Part shown: positions 36,426-51,663 of the stretch, piece by piece
How positions within the stretch are numbered: the first letter of the stretch is position 1
Layout: each line of letters opens with the position of its first letter
From: Chrysomallon squamiferum
Lineage: Eukaryota; Animalia; Mollusca
Direction of reading: 5' to 3'
Length of the DNA stretch: 64,000 nt
Assembly: GCA_012295275.1 (NCBI GenBank)
Contig: CM022677.1
Location: 24,676,001 to 24,740,000, forward strand
The notes under the pieces: generated by a model
What the model was told of the DNA's origin: nothing
Seen by the model: only the letters and a program-made list of their open reading frames with translations
The model's database searches: none
Made by a program: the position numbers and the translations under genes

Positions 36426-36545
36426 TTATCCGTTCAAACGCTGTCTCCTAACTGAAATCTATAATGTTTTAATAAAGTGAATGAAATGTACTTCAATTAT
36501 GACACACACACACACAAATGCATATAGGTAGATAGACACACAGAC

Positions 36546-36605
<60 letters not shown>

Positions 36606-36661
36606 GTGGCTAAGGACATAGACAATAATTAGATATCATTGTTATATTATTGGTCACCATT

Positions 36662-36692
<31 letters not shown>

Positions 36693-37222
36693 TTATTATT
36701 ATTAATATTATTAGTGTTATTGTTATTAATGTTAAACTGTTGTTGTTTACAAATGCTTTACCTTCGTTATTTAGGTATATTGTGTTGCTTTTGTGGCGTC
36801 CAGTTCGACATCTCCACAGACTGAGATCTATTTTCTCTACGTGAGCTATCACTAATTTGTACACACGCATCTTTGACTTCGTGTCTTCACATCCACAATT
36901 GTACTCGGGTATTGGAAATAACATCTTACACTTGTCGCCGACCATGCAAACTGTCCAAAATCCAAACCCAAAGTTTTGTTGGAAAAACAAGGGATGTTTA
37001 ATACTGCTTTGCGGAAAAACCAGACAGGACATCGTGAAGTTCTTTTTAAGCTCAGGCTCCTCCTTCATATAGATATACATACTTAAAGCTAAAACGAAAA
37101 TATTCAGTTTTAATAATGGTTTGATAGTAAATGAATGTTTTGTTCGTTGTAATCATTCTACCACAGGTTGATGTGTTTTGTGTCTTGCTTTTCATGATGA
37201 TTAATATCGTCATGTCCATCAC

Positions 37223-37270
<48 letters not shown>

Positions 37271-38781
37271 CATTATTATCATTATTATTAGTAGTAGTAG
37301 TAGTATTAGAAGCAGCAGCACCACCACCACCACCACCAGTAGTAGTAGTAGTAGTAGTCGAACAGCAAGATCACATAATGTTCCCGAAATGAACTGAATG
37401 ATTATAAATTGTTTTAATAAAAAGTTACAAAACACATTTATTTTTATTACTTCTTACTTTCAATTGCAAATTTAAAATCTCTGGTGACGCTGGTTCCAAA
37501 CTGACATCTCCATTCAGTTTTTTCTCTTCTGTGCAGCCTTACAATTGTCATTTTGTAACCATCGTAGGACAGGTTGTTAGTCTTATTGCACCCACAGACG
37601 TAATTTGGTTTATTTTCCCGTTGAACGCAGAACGTGTCAACTTTACAAACATTGATGTATTGATCTGCAAATTTCCTTTGAAAAATCATTGTAGAATTTT
37701 TGCCGTGAGGAATTTCAGCCGAGCAAGATAAAGTGTATGGCTTTCCTATGACACCCACATGTAACCCTTTTATCCACATATTTACTTCTGGAAATTGAAT
37801 TTGTATTATCGTGATAATGAACTGTTATGGTTATTACAAATAATAGTTAAAAAATACGGCTTAATTAAATTAATCGATAAATGAACGAACGAACGAACGA
37901 ATGAATGAATACTAATAATAATAATCATAATAATATAAGGTTCATCACAATTATCTTTTTCATAATTTATTTATTTATTTAAAATATAGAAAAGAAAAAG
38001 TCTGATAAAAAATCTCTGTTTCTATTAAATACTTACTGTTAAGACTAAAGCCGAAACTTCTACTGTAATCTTTACCAATTTGACATCTCCAAATGTGACG
38101 ATCGATGGTATTTACTTTTATAATCAACATTTTGTAAGTTGGTCTGATTGGATTTGCGTTCATCATACATCTGCAGAAATAATTTTTTAGATGAAATTTA
38201 TTTCTGCAGTTCTGATTTATTATGCACACATTTGTAAAGGTATTCCCATCTTTTCTCTGAAACAGTATTTCGGATTTAACGTCGAAACCTGGATACGCTT
38301 GACAATGCAGTATAAATTTTCTCCCTAGAGTTGCAAAGTTCGAACCCTGTATCGTTAAGTGCAAACCTGAAAAACAAATTATAGTAAATCTAGAAAACAT
38401 ATATAATTATTACATCATAAACTGTCTTTACCTTCATTATTATTAGTAGTCTTACTGGTAGTAGAGTAATGGTAGTAGTAGTCGTAATTGTAATAGTAGT
38501 AGCAGCAGAAGCAGAAGCAGTCATGGTAATAGTAGTAGTAATAGTAATAGTTTTAGTAGCAGTATGAGTAGTTAGTAATTGTTATCGCAGTTGTAGTATT
38601 TGTAGCAGTAATACTAGTATTTTTGTAATATACTGATATTATTATTATTATTATAAAATAAAATTAAAAAAATAAAAAAATTAAATTAAATTAAAAAAGT
38701 AAAAAAAAAAAATAAAGTCACACCTGTGGTCATTGCTATGAAATTGACACAGTAGCTGATAAAACTCAAAGAAAAGATCAT
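36426..38781 (-). CDS. Gene H: predicted secreted, basic protein with signal peptide, three Ig-like domains and a short tail (~356 aa)
   Basis: Exons 38781-38724 (MIFSLSFISYCVNFIAMTT), 38366-38037, 37787-37458 and 37088-36762 (donor gtaaag). A probable terminal exon at 36451-36426 (VRRQRLNG*) has an acceptor context shared with gene K. Confidence 0.8.
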
Positions 38782-38882
38782 GACTAAAACTGTGCAAGTT
38801 TTTCTTTTGGCCTGTCTTCTCAAGTAACTTTCTGATGTCCTTTCAAGTGAAAATACGTTAGGTACTCTATGTCCATACAGTT

Positions 38883-38982
<100 letters not shown>

Positions 38983-39399
38983 GAATAAATGTCTGTTTCA
39001 AATATTCAGATAAAAGTAGAAAAACCAAACATGTTTTATAGATATAATATAAAATGATGAACTGATGTAAAATGTCGTATATATTTGACATTTATTATGT
39101 ATCTCAGTTCTCATATTCAGTGTAAGACTTGATGTCTCTCTGCCAAGTGATGACATTCAGTTCAAACCAGCTATCATTGCATTTGGTTTGCTTCAGTAAA
39201 TTACAATATTTTAAGACCACTAACACTCACTAAGAGGATCGTTCTTAGTGTTTATGTGACATTATTTTTTTTATATAAACTTATATACACGTAACAAAAT
39301 TGACTATGGTGTCTGAATGTAATCCACATTAAAATAAATTATTCATTAACATTTTCATAATTGATTTTTTTATATATTTTTATATTTTTTTTTATATTT

Positions 39400-39472
<73 letters not shown>

Positions 39473-39549
39473 TGAAACCATAAACTGTTCGCTGTTAATA
39501 TTGATATTCATTTATTTTGTCTGTTGGTGTATATTATATTTTCATACTG

Positions 39550-40050
39550 TAATACTTACTTGAGATACTTGGTGATGAGACTGAGCTAGTCTGTCACGTA
39601 ATTGAGTTACTTGACAATAAAAGTCCAAAACTAAAACACTTAACTGAATTACTTGTGGACAGTACACACTAAAATATTTATTTCATTTACTTGATAATGA
39701 CTGTGAATTACTAAAATCCTTAGCTGAGTTTCTTCATAATAAAAATTCACTAAATACTGAGTTCAGTTACTTCAAGACTATAGTAAGTTACTAAATGCTT
39801 TAGTTAAGCTACTTGGTCTCAGTGAAATGCTAAAATAATTAGTTGAATAGTTGATCCTTACAGCAAGATAAGATGAATTTCCTGCAAATACTCAGAGATT
39901 CTTCATGTAGACAGTTGAGTTACTTAAATACTACAGTAAATTAATAAACAATTTAGTTAAGTTACTCGATGAACTGTTAACATAATTAGTTGAACAATTG
40001 ATCCTTACATCAAGGAAAAATACATTTGTTGCAAATACTCAGAGCAAGCA
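39550..40050. repeat. Degenerate tandem repeat (GAGTTACTT-GA...ACTAAAA-like units)
   Basis: Recurring gagttacttg/actaaaa/agttgaa-agttgatcctta motifs; a partial copy lies at ~52045-52120. Confidence 0.5.
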
Positions 40051-40434
40051 GTACTTCGTTAACTCTCTCCGTAATAACCTCGACTGAAAACAGCTGTGTA
40101 GTATGACATGATATTGGTAATGCAAATCACTTAATTGTGCGAAGTGCTGTTACAGGTTTACATTCACTAAATACTGTTCTGTTTGGTTATATCACTGTTC
40201 TTTAGATGCTGTTTCAGCATCATATTTGTAGAGATGATTCTTACGGTATTTTCTTCAAAGCAGAAGGGAATATTTTGATGTTATTGAAGTATCATTCCTG
40301 TAGATATAATTTTTTTTTTTTATATTTACTTGGAATCAAAAGAAATTGTCGAACTGTTGGAATAAAAAAGATTTTACTTCAATTTCTTGTGGGTCAAGTG
40401 TAATGTTTCATCTATAGATAAATCCAGCGAGACA

Positions 40435-40474
<40 letters not shown>

Positions 40475-40641
40475 ACGTGCAGCAGTGATAATAGTAATAG
40501 TAATAGTTTTAGTAGCAGTTCTAGTAATTAGCATGTCTGGTTGTAGTTGTAGTAGTGTTAGTAGTAGTAGTAATAGAGGCTTTGTATATACATTTATAAC
40601 ATTATTATTACAAAAATATATAAACAAAAAAGTTGCAACTC

Positions 40642-40687
40642 CTGTAGACATTGCTATGTAGCTGATAAAACGCCAAGAAATAATCAT
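40642..40687 (-). pseudogene. Orphan, decayed signal-peptide exon
   Basis: Reads MIISWRFISYIAMST-G, homologous to the H signal exon but 12 nt shorter and with donor GT->GA. There are no domain exons between it and gene H. Confidence 0.7.
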
Positions 40688-40879
40688 GAAGAAATTTGTG
40701 CAAGTTTCTTTTCTATCCTGCTTTCTCAAGTAATGTTTTCATAAGTGTATACATGTTATGTGCTACATAGCCAGAGAAATAATTCAGACAGACACAAATG
40801 CATACACACTCACTCACGTGCACATAATATATACATACTGTTACGAGAAATATGTTTCTTTGTATATGGCTGTTTTCGT

Positions 40880-41660
40880 TGACCACTGCATCTCTGCCTT
40901 GAAACACCGGTTTAAGAACTTGGAATCTTGCAGCTGAGAATGTCACTTTTAACAGCAATATATTACATATGACTGTCACTGCAATCGATGAAGTTCTGCT
41001 TGAACAGTTTGGACTGCTTTAGCTCGCTTTCGCTTCTTCCAAAGAGGAGGGCTATTTCATTTGAGCGTTTATTATAACTTCATCGGATGTAGTTGGATGG
41101 TTTTGAGAATTTTCCGGGTCCTGTACGCAACAGTCACTTGGAAATGACACACGATCAGCATGTTCCTGTGGAACTGGTAATGTAATGGCCTTGACGAGAT
41201 CACATTCCGATTGCTGGGTCGACGACTGTTCTTTCTGTTTCGCTGGAACAGCAGATGCAGTGGCTTGAAGAGGTTTAGTGCGTACTTCTTGGTCAGCTTG
41301 CAAGTCATCTTGACTCGAGCACCATAGCAGGTTGCAATGTGGGAACGTTTAACTACATCACAGGTCTCTTCTGTTGACAAGAAGTACGAGAGATTCATTC
41401 ATAGGCTAATGTCTGTTCAGTCTTTTCCTGTGACCGCACTGAACAGTTTCATATTTTTTAATAATTGTATTGGTGCGGAGTCCTCATTGATACACTGGCG
41501 GCTTCCAGCAGTTCACTGATAATTTAGTTACAGTCTTCATTACTTATCAAAACTCCTCTGCTGTCTTCATAAGTCTTGAAAATACTCTCTCGAAACATAC
41601 CCTGGTGCTCCAAAACAGTGATATATAATTAAAACCAAGGAATATTTATACCACTCAGAT
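40880..41660 (-). mobile_element. Possible highly decayed transposon fragment
   Basis: A non-repetitive, higher-GC island with broken ORFs (TIIKKYETVQCGHRKRL...) weakly reminiscent of a Tc1-type N-terminus. It is not homologous to the gene family. Confidence 0.25.
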
Positions 41661-41737
41661 TCAAGTTTTGAATACTAATTTTTTTTTCATAATTTCTGTG
41701 TGTTAGCCATCTCAGTATTTTTCACAGATAATGTGTA

Positions 41738-41855
<118 letters not shown>

Positions 41856-41986
41856 CCAGTAATAATAATAAGAAGAAGAAGAAGAAGAAGAAGAATAACA
41901 AAATAGATAATAGAGATAATTAAAAACAAACCTAGAAGTAATTGACTTTTCTCATTCTAAAAATTAGAGAATATCAAATAAACAAA

Positions 41987-42017
<31 letters not shown>

Positions 42018-42895
42018 CTTTTACGTAGGTCATATGTAGATAACATTTGAAAAGGAAGCAGAATTCAAACGTCATTATTTCATAGTATTACGCTTGACCA
42101 CACGTCATCTGATGTAACTGACGTCATATTTCAAAAACAAAATCTGTATTCGAGGTGCACTTTAAAAATTTCACATATTTGTTTCCTAAAAAAAAAAAAG
42201 AAGTTACGCTCTTTCTAAGTTTTAGAAAGTTTTTATTTAATAGAAAAGAAAAATACAAAAATATCTGACATTTGTATAAGAGAAACAAAGGAATGTACAA
42301 TACAGAATAAACACGTAACGATATAATTATATGGAAAATAAAGTAAGAAAAATCTGGTTTTCTTCCATGCCACCTGTTGTCGTAGTTTACAATGAAATAG
42401 TTCAATGATTTCTTTTTTCATCGCATCGGAGGTAAGTTCATAGCTGCAATATGTAATGGTTTATTTAAAAAATGTGTAAAATATCTAAAAAGAAACGGAA
42501 ATTATCAAAATTATGCTTAATCTAATGTACATCCATTAACACAAATAAGAAAATACAAATTTAAGATATTCAAACACATTTTAAATATGCAATGCAGGTA
42601 AAAACGAAAAAAAAAAAACCACAATTATTATGCGTATATTTGTCTGTGTGGCCTAAAATAATAATTCATTTATTTAAATTCTGTAAAGGTATTTTAAAGT
42701 GAAGTATCTTCTTAAAAGAGTACCGCTGAATGAACTAGTGAAATAACGAGAGAAAAAAAAAAAAAAAAAAAATAAAAATAATAATAATAACAATAATAAT
42801 TAGAAAATAATAAAAAAATGAATAAATATATAGGAGGAAAATAAATATTATTTGATTATTCTTTTTATGATTATTTCTTTCTAGGTTGTTCTTTC

Positions 42896-42955
42896 TTAGA
42901 CCAACTCCTCTCTCTGTTGTTTGAGTCCAGGACAATTTTTGTCTCTGACATCTGT

Positions 42956-43036
<81 letters not shown>

Positions 43037-43066
43037 TTCTTCTTCTTCCTTCTTCTTCTTCTTCTT

Positions 43067-43097
<31 letters not shown>

Positions 43098-43273
43098 TTA
43101 TTATTATTATTATTATTGTTATCATCAGCGTAATTATTGTCATTATAAACATTATCATCATCATTACTGCTATCATCATCATCGTTTTGCTATTTTGCTA
43201 TCATCTTGTTCTTACCATTGTCATTATTATTATTATTGTTGTTGTTGTTATTATTATTATTATTTTTTTATTG

Positions 43274-43345
<72 letters not shown>

Positions 43346-43922
43346 GATGCTCAGTACAACAACTTTATCTTTCTTACCCAAGTCTATTTTATTGCTCCAG
43401 CGGCCTCCAGTTTTACATCTCCATAGATAGAGATCTATTTCCTCTACGTGAAGTATCACTAACTTGTACACACGCAGCTCTGATATCGGGTCTTCACATC
43501 CGCACGTATACCTGGGTATTGGCAATCTCATGTTGCAGTCTGTGTCGACTATGCAAATTGTCCAAAATCCAGCCCCAAAGTCTTGTTGAAAAAACAAGGG
43601 ATATTTGATGTTGCTAGCAGGAGAAAGCTGGCAGTAAATCGTGTAGTTCTTTTTAATTGCAGGTGTCTTTGTCGCGTAGATTTTCATACTTAAACCTGAA
43701 AATAAATATTTAAGCTTAATAACTCTTTTGAAATAAGAAGATGTTTTCTTTTACTGTTTCGTTATTATTGTTCTACTTTATGTTAGTTTAGTTTTGTTTT
43801 TTTTTTTTTTTTTTTTTCTCATAATGATTAATACCATCATCACGATTATCATCAGCAGCAGGATTGTGATTTTTTGCTATTGTTATCAGTTTTAACACAG
43901 CTATTACTGGTATTACTATCGC

Positions 43923-44019
<97 letters not shown>

Positions 44020-44630
44020 GTAACAACAATAATAATATATTATTATTATTATTATTATTGTTGTTGTTATTGTTATAGTTACTGTTATTATTATTATTAT
44101 TACGACTACTGTTACTGCTACTACTACTTTTCAAACAGTGAGACCAGATATAGCTGCACATTATATTCACTTACATTTACAAAATATATTTTCTCATTAT
44201 TCGTTACCTCGAACTCGAAATTTAAAATCTCTGGTGACGCTGTTTCCAAACTGACATCTCCATGCAGTTCTGTCTTTTCTACGCAGTCTGAAAATTGTCA
44301 TTTTATAAACAGCATAGAAGATCCGAATCTTGTGGCACCCACAGATGTAATTTTTTTCATTCTCTCGCTGTGTGCACGACTTGTCAACCTGACAAACAGT
44401 CGTGTATTCGTTTGCATATTTCCTTTGAAAAATCATTGGAAACTTGTTGCTCTCAGAAAATTGAGCCGAGCAAAGTAAAGTGTACGGTCTTCCCATGACA
44501 CCTACAACTGACCCGTTCACCCGGACGTTTATTTCTGAAAATCCGAATTCGATTTCAATTAATATCATGACAATAAATGATCCTGATTATTATAAATAGC
44601 TGTTAACAAATACGAAATACATATGAGCCC

Positions 44631-44662
<32 letters not shown>

Positions 44663-44667
44663 CATAA

Positions 44668-44716
<49 letters not shown>

Positions 44717-44814
44717 ATATATCCTAATCGTAATCATAATCACATAAGCACAATTATAGTAATAATTATATTTATTATTTGTTTATTTACTTATGTATCT
44801 GAAAAGGAAATCAG

Positions 44815-44855
<41 letters not shown>

Positions 44856-45514
44856 AAAGGAAAACATAATTACCGTTAAAACTAATCTTAAAATTACTAC
44901 TATAATGTTTCCCAAGTTGACATCTCCACATGATACGATCTGTGTCCTTTACCTTGAGAATCACCAGTCTATATGTTCGTGTGAGTAGTCTTCCATTGTG
45001 CACACATCCGCAGAAATAACCTTTCGTATGAGATGTCTGTTTGCACGTTTTACTCAATACGCAAACAGTTCTAAAAGAATCTCCGTCTTTTCTCTGAAAC
45101 ATGATTGGTGAGTTAACCGCGAATCCTGGATACACTTTACAAATTAAATTATAATTTCTCCCTAGAGAAGTAAATTTGGAACCCAGTATACTTATGTGGA
45201 TCCCTGAAAAAAGAAACAAAAAAGAAACGATAAATTTCAAAAATATATATCTTAGATATTGTCTTTATATTTATTATTAGTATTAACTGTAATTGTGATA
45301 CTAATACCAGCAGCAGCACCATTTGCATTAGTAATAGTTGCTTTAGTAAAAATAACAGTTGGAGCTTTATATTATTATCTGTATGTACAATAGTAGTTGA
45401 CATAGTGATAGTAGTAGTGGTAATTGTAGCTTTGTAATAATGTTAGTCTTACATTGATATCGTCTTGTTTGTGTTTAGGAGTAATGGTAGTCATATAAGT
45501 ACTACTAGTACTAG

Positions 45515-45548
<34 letters not shown>

Positions 45549-45711
45549 GTTATATACAATTGTAGTAGTAATAGCAGTAGTACTAGTTGTAGTCTATTAT
45601 CATTATCTATATAGATTTACAGTATATTTAAACAACAATAATAATAATACCTGTAGAGATTGCTGTAAAAATGACAGTGTAGGTGATAAAACACCAGGGA
45701 ATGATCATCAT
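42896..45711 (-). CDS. Gene I: predicted secreted, basic protein with signal peptide and three Ig-like domains
   Basis: Exons 45711/45708-45651 (MMIIPWCFITYTVIFTAIST), 45203-44874, 44534-44208 and 43695-43378. The terminal exon 42951-42896 (DVRDKNCPGLKQQREELV*) is tentative: its acceptor is weak, but a homologue lies downstream of J. Confidence 0.78.
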
Positions 45712-45880
45712 TAAAATTGTGAATGTTTCTGTTTTATTCTGTCTTCTCAGATGATGTTCTCTTATCCTTACATCTGTACATCCGGTATGTATGCATGTAT
45801 GTATGTATGTATATATATATGTATATGTATACACACATTGACACATACATAGGTAAACAAATAAATAAATAAATAAATAA

Positions 45881-45915
<35 letters not shown>

Positions 45916-46285
45916 TACACACTCACACGAGCACACACACCCATCTATCTATTCCACTATCTAAATAAAACATCAGATAACGAACTAATGTTAGATGTCA
46001 GATGGATTTGACAGTTAATATGTATTTAATTCTCTGATTTACTTGAAAACATGATGCCACTGAAAACGGCGATTACTGAGGTCAAACCAACTATCTCTCA
46101 GTTTGATTCGTTTCAGTATATTATTATATTTTAACACTACAAAGACACATCAAGAGGTTCGTTCTGATTATTTATGTGTCGTTATCTTGTATAAAGTTAT
46201 TTACAGATAATAAAATTGATTAAAATTAATCTACATTAAAATAAATGATATATTAATGTTCCAATGTCTTTTCAATAATAACAAC

Positions 46286-46390
<105 letters not shown>

Positions 46391-46692
46391 AAGAAGGAGA
46401 ACAACAAAATAGATAATGTAGATAATTAAAAACAAATCTGGAAGTAATTGACTTTTCTCATAATAAAAATTAGAGAATATCATATAAATAATAATAATAA
46501 TAATAAAAAATAATAACTTTTACATAGGTTAGATGTAGAAAACATTTGAAAAGGAGCAGATTTCAAATGTCATCAATTCATAGTATTACACATGACCACG
46601 CGTCATCTGGTGTAAATGACGTCATATCTTGAGACAATCTTTAGCGTAGGTGAGTTTTAAATATTTTCACATATTTCTTTCCTAATACAAGT

Positions 46693-47148
46693 AGCATGGA
46701 CCAATTATTTTTTAAAAATAAAAATAGGAAGCTCATTGATTGCATACATAATAGTTCATGTTTTAGAAGTTGAATGTTTCTTGTTTTAACGAAAACGAGT
46801 GAAAAATTCATTTTTAACTAGTTTCTCTAAACGGCAGTTGACTGACCTTCAAATACTGTTTTCCATTTTCTGTTCTAAAACTGGTATCAAGTATTATAAT
46901 GACTGCATCAATGCAATCATTTAAATAACATGTAATCAATTTGGGTTTCACATGTAAATACCACCTCTAATGCATTGAAAATGGGAATAAATATTATTAA
47001 AAAAAAGAGAATTATAATGGTTTTAAGTATCGTTTTACAACTTCGTACTCAGAACTGTCTGCTATGCAGTTTTAGCAGAGTAACGTGTCCACATTATGGA
47101 ACCTAACGAGAATAGTCATCTTGATATTCACGAGGCAGAGTCTGTGAA

Positions 47149-47190
<42 letters not shown>

Positions 47191-47862
47191 TTGTTTTAGA
47201 TGGCGAAGTCGTAATAATATCTGAACAAATTAAAAATAAAAGTAGTACGAAATGGGTACGAGATGGTATGAGGTCAAAATTAAAAAAAAAAGAAGAAGGT
47301 TTCGACCTTTGAGCAGTTTCTAATCAATAATACACATCTATATAAACGAAGCATTGATTTACTGTCATATTTCCCCAAATTACTTTTAATAATACATGTA
47401 GAATTGGTTGCATTATGAAGGAATACACGTTTAAATGTTTGTAAAGACTGATCGGCGTTCGACGCCGCCATCTTGGATTTCGATCGTAAGTTTCCGTGAT
47501 CTCAATTACTTTTTGTGTATTTTTTTGACCTTTTTATGATTTACACTAATAAAGGTAAGGATGGTTGATCGTACTACCATACCATGATACCCTGCGCCTT
47601 TCGTAACTAGCTTTTCAACTTAATCAAACTTATCAAACTGGATTATTTCGGTTCAAAGGCGTGCGTAATAAACTAAAATTAGAATTCGGTATAAAATTAA
47701 TGTATTAACTTTTCTACTTGGCAATGTTCCCCGTATCAGAACCCAACAGAAAATAACATTCAGGTGCAGTTTGCACCCATTAAATCGACGAAATTCTGGA
47801 GGCATTTTTACCGGTGACGCAATTTGCGTCGTTACGAGTTTTCGTTCCTGTTGATCCATGCT
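46693..47862. mobile_element. ~1.17-kb non-autonomous DNA-transposon-like insertion with short TIRs
   Basis: Absent from the paralogous sequence at ~42185-42200. Its ends AGCATGGACCAA / TTGATCCATGCT form an 11/12 inverted match. No clear TSD. Confidence 0.6.
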
Positions 47863-48351
47863 CACAAAAGAAGAAATTACTCTCTTTCCAAGTTTCAGAA
47901 AGCTTTTATTTAATAGAAAAGAGAATTACAAACATATCTTAGATTTGTATACGAATAATTCCGTACTGTTTAGAAGAAACACGTAAAGATATAGTTAAAT
48001 TGAAAATAAAGTATGACCTATCTGTTTTCTTCCATGCCACTTTTTCTGTTCTTGTACTTAAATTTCTGAAAAGAATCGGAAATTATTAAAATTATGCTTA
48101 ATCTAATGTAGAGCCATTAAAACAAATGAGAAAATGCAAAATTAATGTGCAATGCAGGTAAAAGCGAGAAAAACATAGTATGTATATAGTGAAATTACAA
48201 CACCAATAACAACAGGAACAACAACAACAACAACAACAACAAATATATATATATAAAATAAAATATATATAAAAAATAAAAGTAAAAAGTAAAATATATA
48301 TATAAAAGTAAAATAATAAAAAAAAAAAAAATAAATAAAATAAAATGAAAA

Positions 48352-48390
<39 letters not shown>

Positions 48391-48498
48391 ATATATATAT
48401 ATATATATATGAGGAAAATAAATATTATTTCATTATTCTTTTTCTGATTATTTCTTTCTTGATTGTTTTTTCTCCGCTCTCTGATGTTTTACTCCAGA

Positions 48499-48553
48499 TT
48501 AATTGTAACCACTCTTTTTATCCCTGATATCTGTACATTACTATTACTATTAC

Positions 48554-48615
<62 letters not shown>

Positions 48616-48995
48616 GTGTTGTTGTTGTTATTGTTGTTATTATTATTATAATCATTATTATTTGAATATTATCATCATCATTATTATAATTATTGTTATC
48701 ATAATCATCATCGTTATTATTGCCATCATCTTGTTTCGATCATTGTCACTATTATTATTGTTGTTGTTGTTATTGTTGTTATTGCTGTTATTATTATTAT
48801 TACTATTATTATTTAAATATTGTCATCACATCGTAATTATAATCATCATTGTGATCATTGTTGCTATCATGAACATCATCGTTATTATTGCCATCATGTT
48901 GCTGTTGTCATTGTCACTATTATTATTATTATTTTTTTTTTGTTGTTGTTGTTTTGTTATTATTATTGTTGTTGTTGTTAATGTTATTGTGGTTA

Positions 48996-49027
<32 letters not shown>

Positions 49028-49060
49028 TTATTATTATTATTGTTGTTATTATTATTATTA

Positions 49061-49107
<47 letters not shown>

Positions 49108-49662
49108 GATGCTAAATACAACTACTTTACCTTTCTTACTCAAGTCTATTTCATTTGCTCCGATGTTGTCCAGTTTTACATCTCCATCGATTGAGATCTA
49201 TTTCCTCAACGGGAACTATCTCTAATCTGTACATACGCGGCTCTGACTTCGGGGCGATACATCCACACGTATACCTGGGTATTGGTAATACCATGACGCA
49301 GTCAGTGTCGACTATACAAACTGTCCAAAATCCATACCCAAAATTTTGTTGAAAAACAGGGGTTGTTGAATGTTGCGAGTAGGAGAAACCTGGCAGTAAA
49401 TCGTGTAGTTCTTTTTCACTTCAGCTATCTCCGTCCAGAATGTGTGCACGTTTAAACCTATAAATAAATATTTTAATTTCGTAACTGTTTTGAAGTAAAT
49501 AGATATTTTCTTTTACTGTTTCGTTATTATTGTCCTACTTTATGTTGCTTTTGTTTTCCTTTCGTCTCATAATGATTAATACCGTCATCGCGATTATCAT
49601 TAGATTGTATTACTATTGTTATCAGTTTTATCACAATTATTATTGGTATTACTATTGCAATC

Positions 49663-49741
<79 letters not shown>

Positions 49742-50267
49742 TAATAATAATAATTAATAATTACTATTACTACTAATTACTATTACTACTACTTTTCAAA
49801 CACCGACCCCAAATATTGTTCAAGTAATAAACAGTATAGCTACAAATTATTTTCAATTATATTTACAAAATACATTTTCTGATTCTTCGTTACCTTGAAC
49901 TGCAAATATAAGATCATTGGTTAAGCTGTTTCCAAACTGACATCTCCATGCAGTTTTATCTTCTGTGCGCAATCTTAAAATTGTCATTTTATAAACAGGT
50001 GAAAGCACGTCCGTCACCTGGCAACCACAGATGTAATTCACTCTATTCTCTCGCTGTGTGCACGACTTGTCAACTTGACAAACAGTCGTGTATTCGTCTG
50101 CACATTTCCTTTGAAAAACCATCGAAAAATTATTACTCTCAGACAAATTAGCCGAGCAAAGTAAAGTGTATGGGCTTCCTAGGACACCCATAAGCGACCC
50201 TTTTATCCGTACGTCTATTTCTGAAAATCCCAATTCGATTTCAATTAATATCATGAGAATAATGTGT

Positions 50268-50337
<70 letters not shown>

Positions 50338-50848
50338 CTAAGCATAATTGTAGTAATAATTATAATGAAATTTATTTATTTATTTATTTGAAAACGGAAA
50401 ACGAAATGTCAGAAGAAAAAGAAATACAAAAAATACAAAAAAGAAAAAAGAAAAGGAAAACATACTTACCGTTAACATTAATCTTTAAATGACTACTATA
50501 ATCTTCCCCAATTTTACATCTCCACTCGAGACGATCTATGTCCCTTACCTCGAGAATCACCATTCTGTACGTTTTTGTGAGTTGTCTGCCATTGTGCACA
50601 CAGCTGCAGTAATAACCTCTCGAATTAAATATATGTTTGCACTCTTCAGTTAGTATACACAGAATTAGATACCTATCTCCATCTCTTCTCTCAAACAGTA
50701 TTGCTGCGTTAACGGCAAAACCTGGATACGCTTTACAAAATATATTATACATGCTGCCTAGAGATGTAAAATTGGAACCCAGTATATTAACGCGCAAACC
50801 TGAAAAAAAAAAAAAAGAAAACCTGAAAAAAAAATAAAAAAAAAAGAA

Positions 50849-50890
<42 letters not shown>

Positions 50891-51182
50891 TGATTATCTT
50901 AGATATTGTCTTTATATTTATTATTAGTAGTATTATTACTATTAACTGTATTTGGAATACTAATAGCAGCAGCAGCAGCAGCAGCACCATTTGCACTATT
51001 AATAGTAGCTTTAGTAGTAATAACAGTTGGAGCTTTATAGTATTAACGGTGCGTATAGTAGTGGTTGACATAATGAAAGTTGTAGTGGTAGTTGTTGCTT
51101 TGTAATAATGTTAGTTTTACGTTATTGTCGTCTTGTCTGAGTTTATGAGTAATGGTAGTGATATAAGTACTATTATTATTAC

Positions 51183-51237
<55 letters not shown>

Positions 51238-51343
51238 TGTAGTAGTAGTAATGGCATTAGTGCTTGTTGCAGTCTATTATCATTACATTAAAGTATATTT
51301 AAACAATATAATAATAATAACAGGAACAACAAACAACAACCAC

Positions 51344-51401
<58 letters not shown>

Positions 51402-51484
51402 TTAATAATAACAATAATAATACCTGCTGAGATTGTTGTAAAAACGACACAGTAGAGAACAAATGACGAAGGACTGATCATCAT
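48499..51484 (-). pseudogene. Gene J: three-domain paralogue of I with a frameshifted D3 (pseudogene or homopolymer sequencing error)
   Basis: Exons 51484/51481-51424, 50799-50470 and 50220-49894 are intact. D3 (49457-49140) has a -1 indel in an A-run (~49352; A5 vs A6 in gene I) and a +1 indel near 49155. A tentative terminal exon lies at 48530-48499. Confidence 0.7.
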
Positions 51485-51614
51485 TGAAATTGTGAAAGTT
51501 TCTCTTTTATCCTGTTTTCTCAAGTGATGTTCTCGTATGTCCGTTGTATTCTGTATGTATATAGAGAAAAAAATATATATATATATATATATATGCACAT
51601 TCATACACACAGAT

Positions 51615-51663
<49 letters not shown>

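Noticed and set aside
47280-47865. Short ORFs MAASNADQ... and MSMDQQER... (also at 62873-63604)
   Set aside because: They lie inside the TIR-bounded insertion and show no recognisable transposase or other motif.
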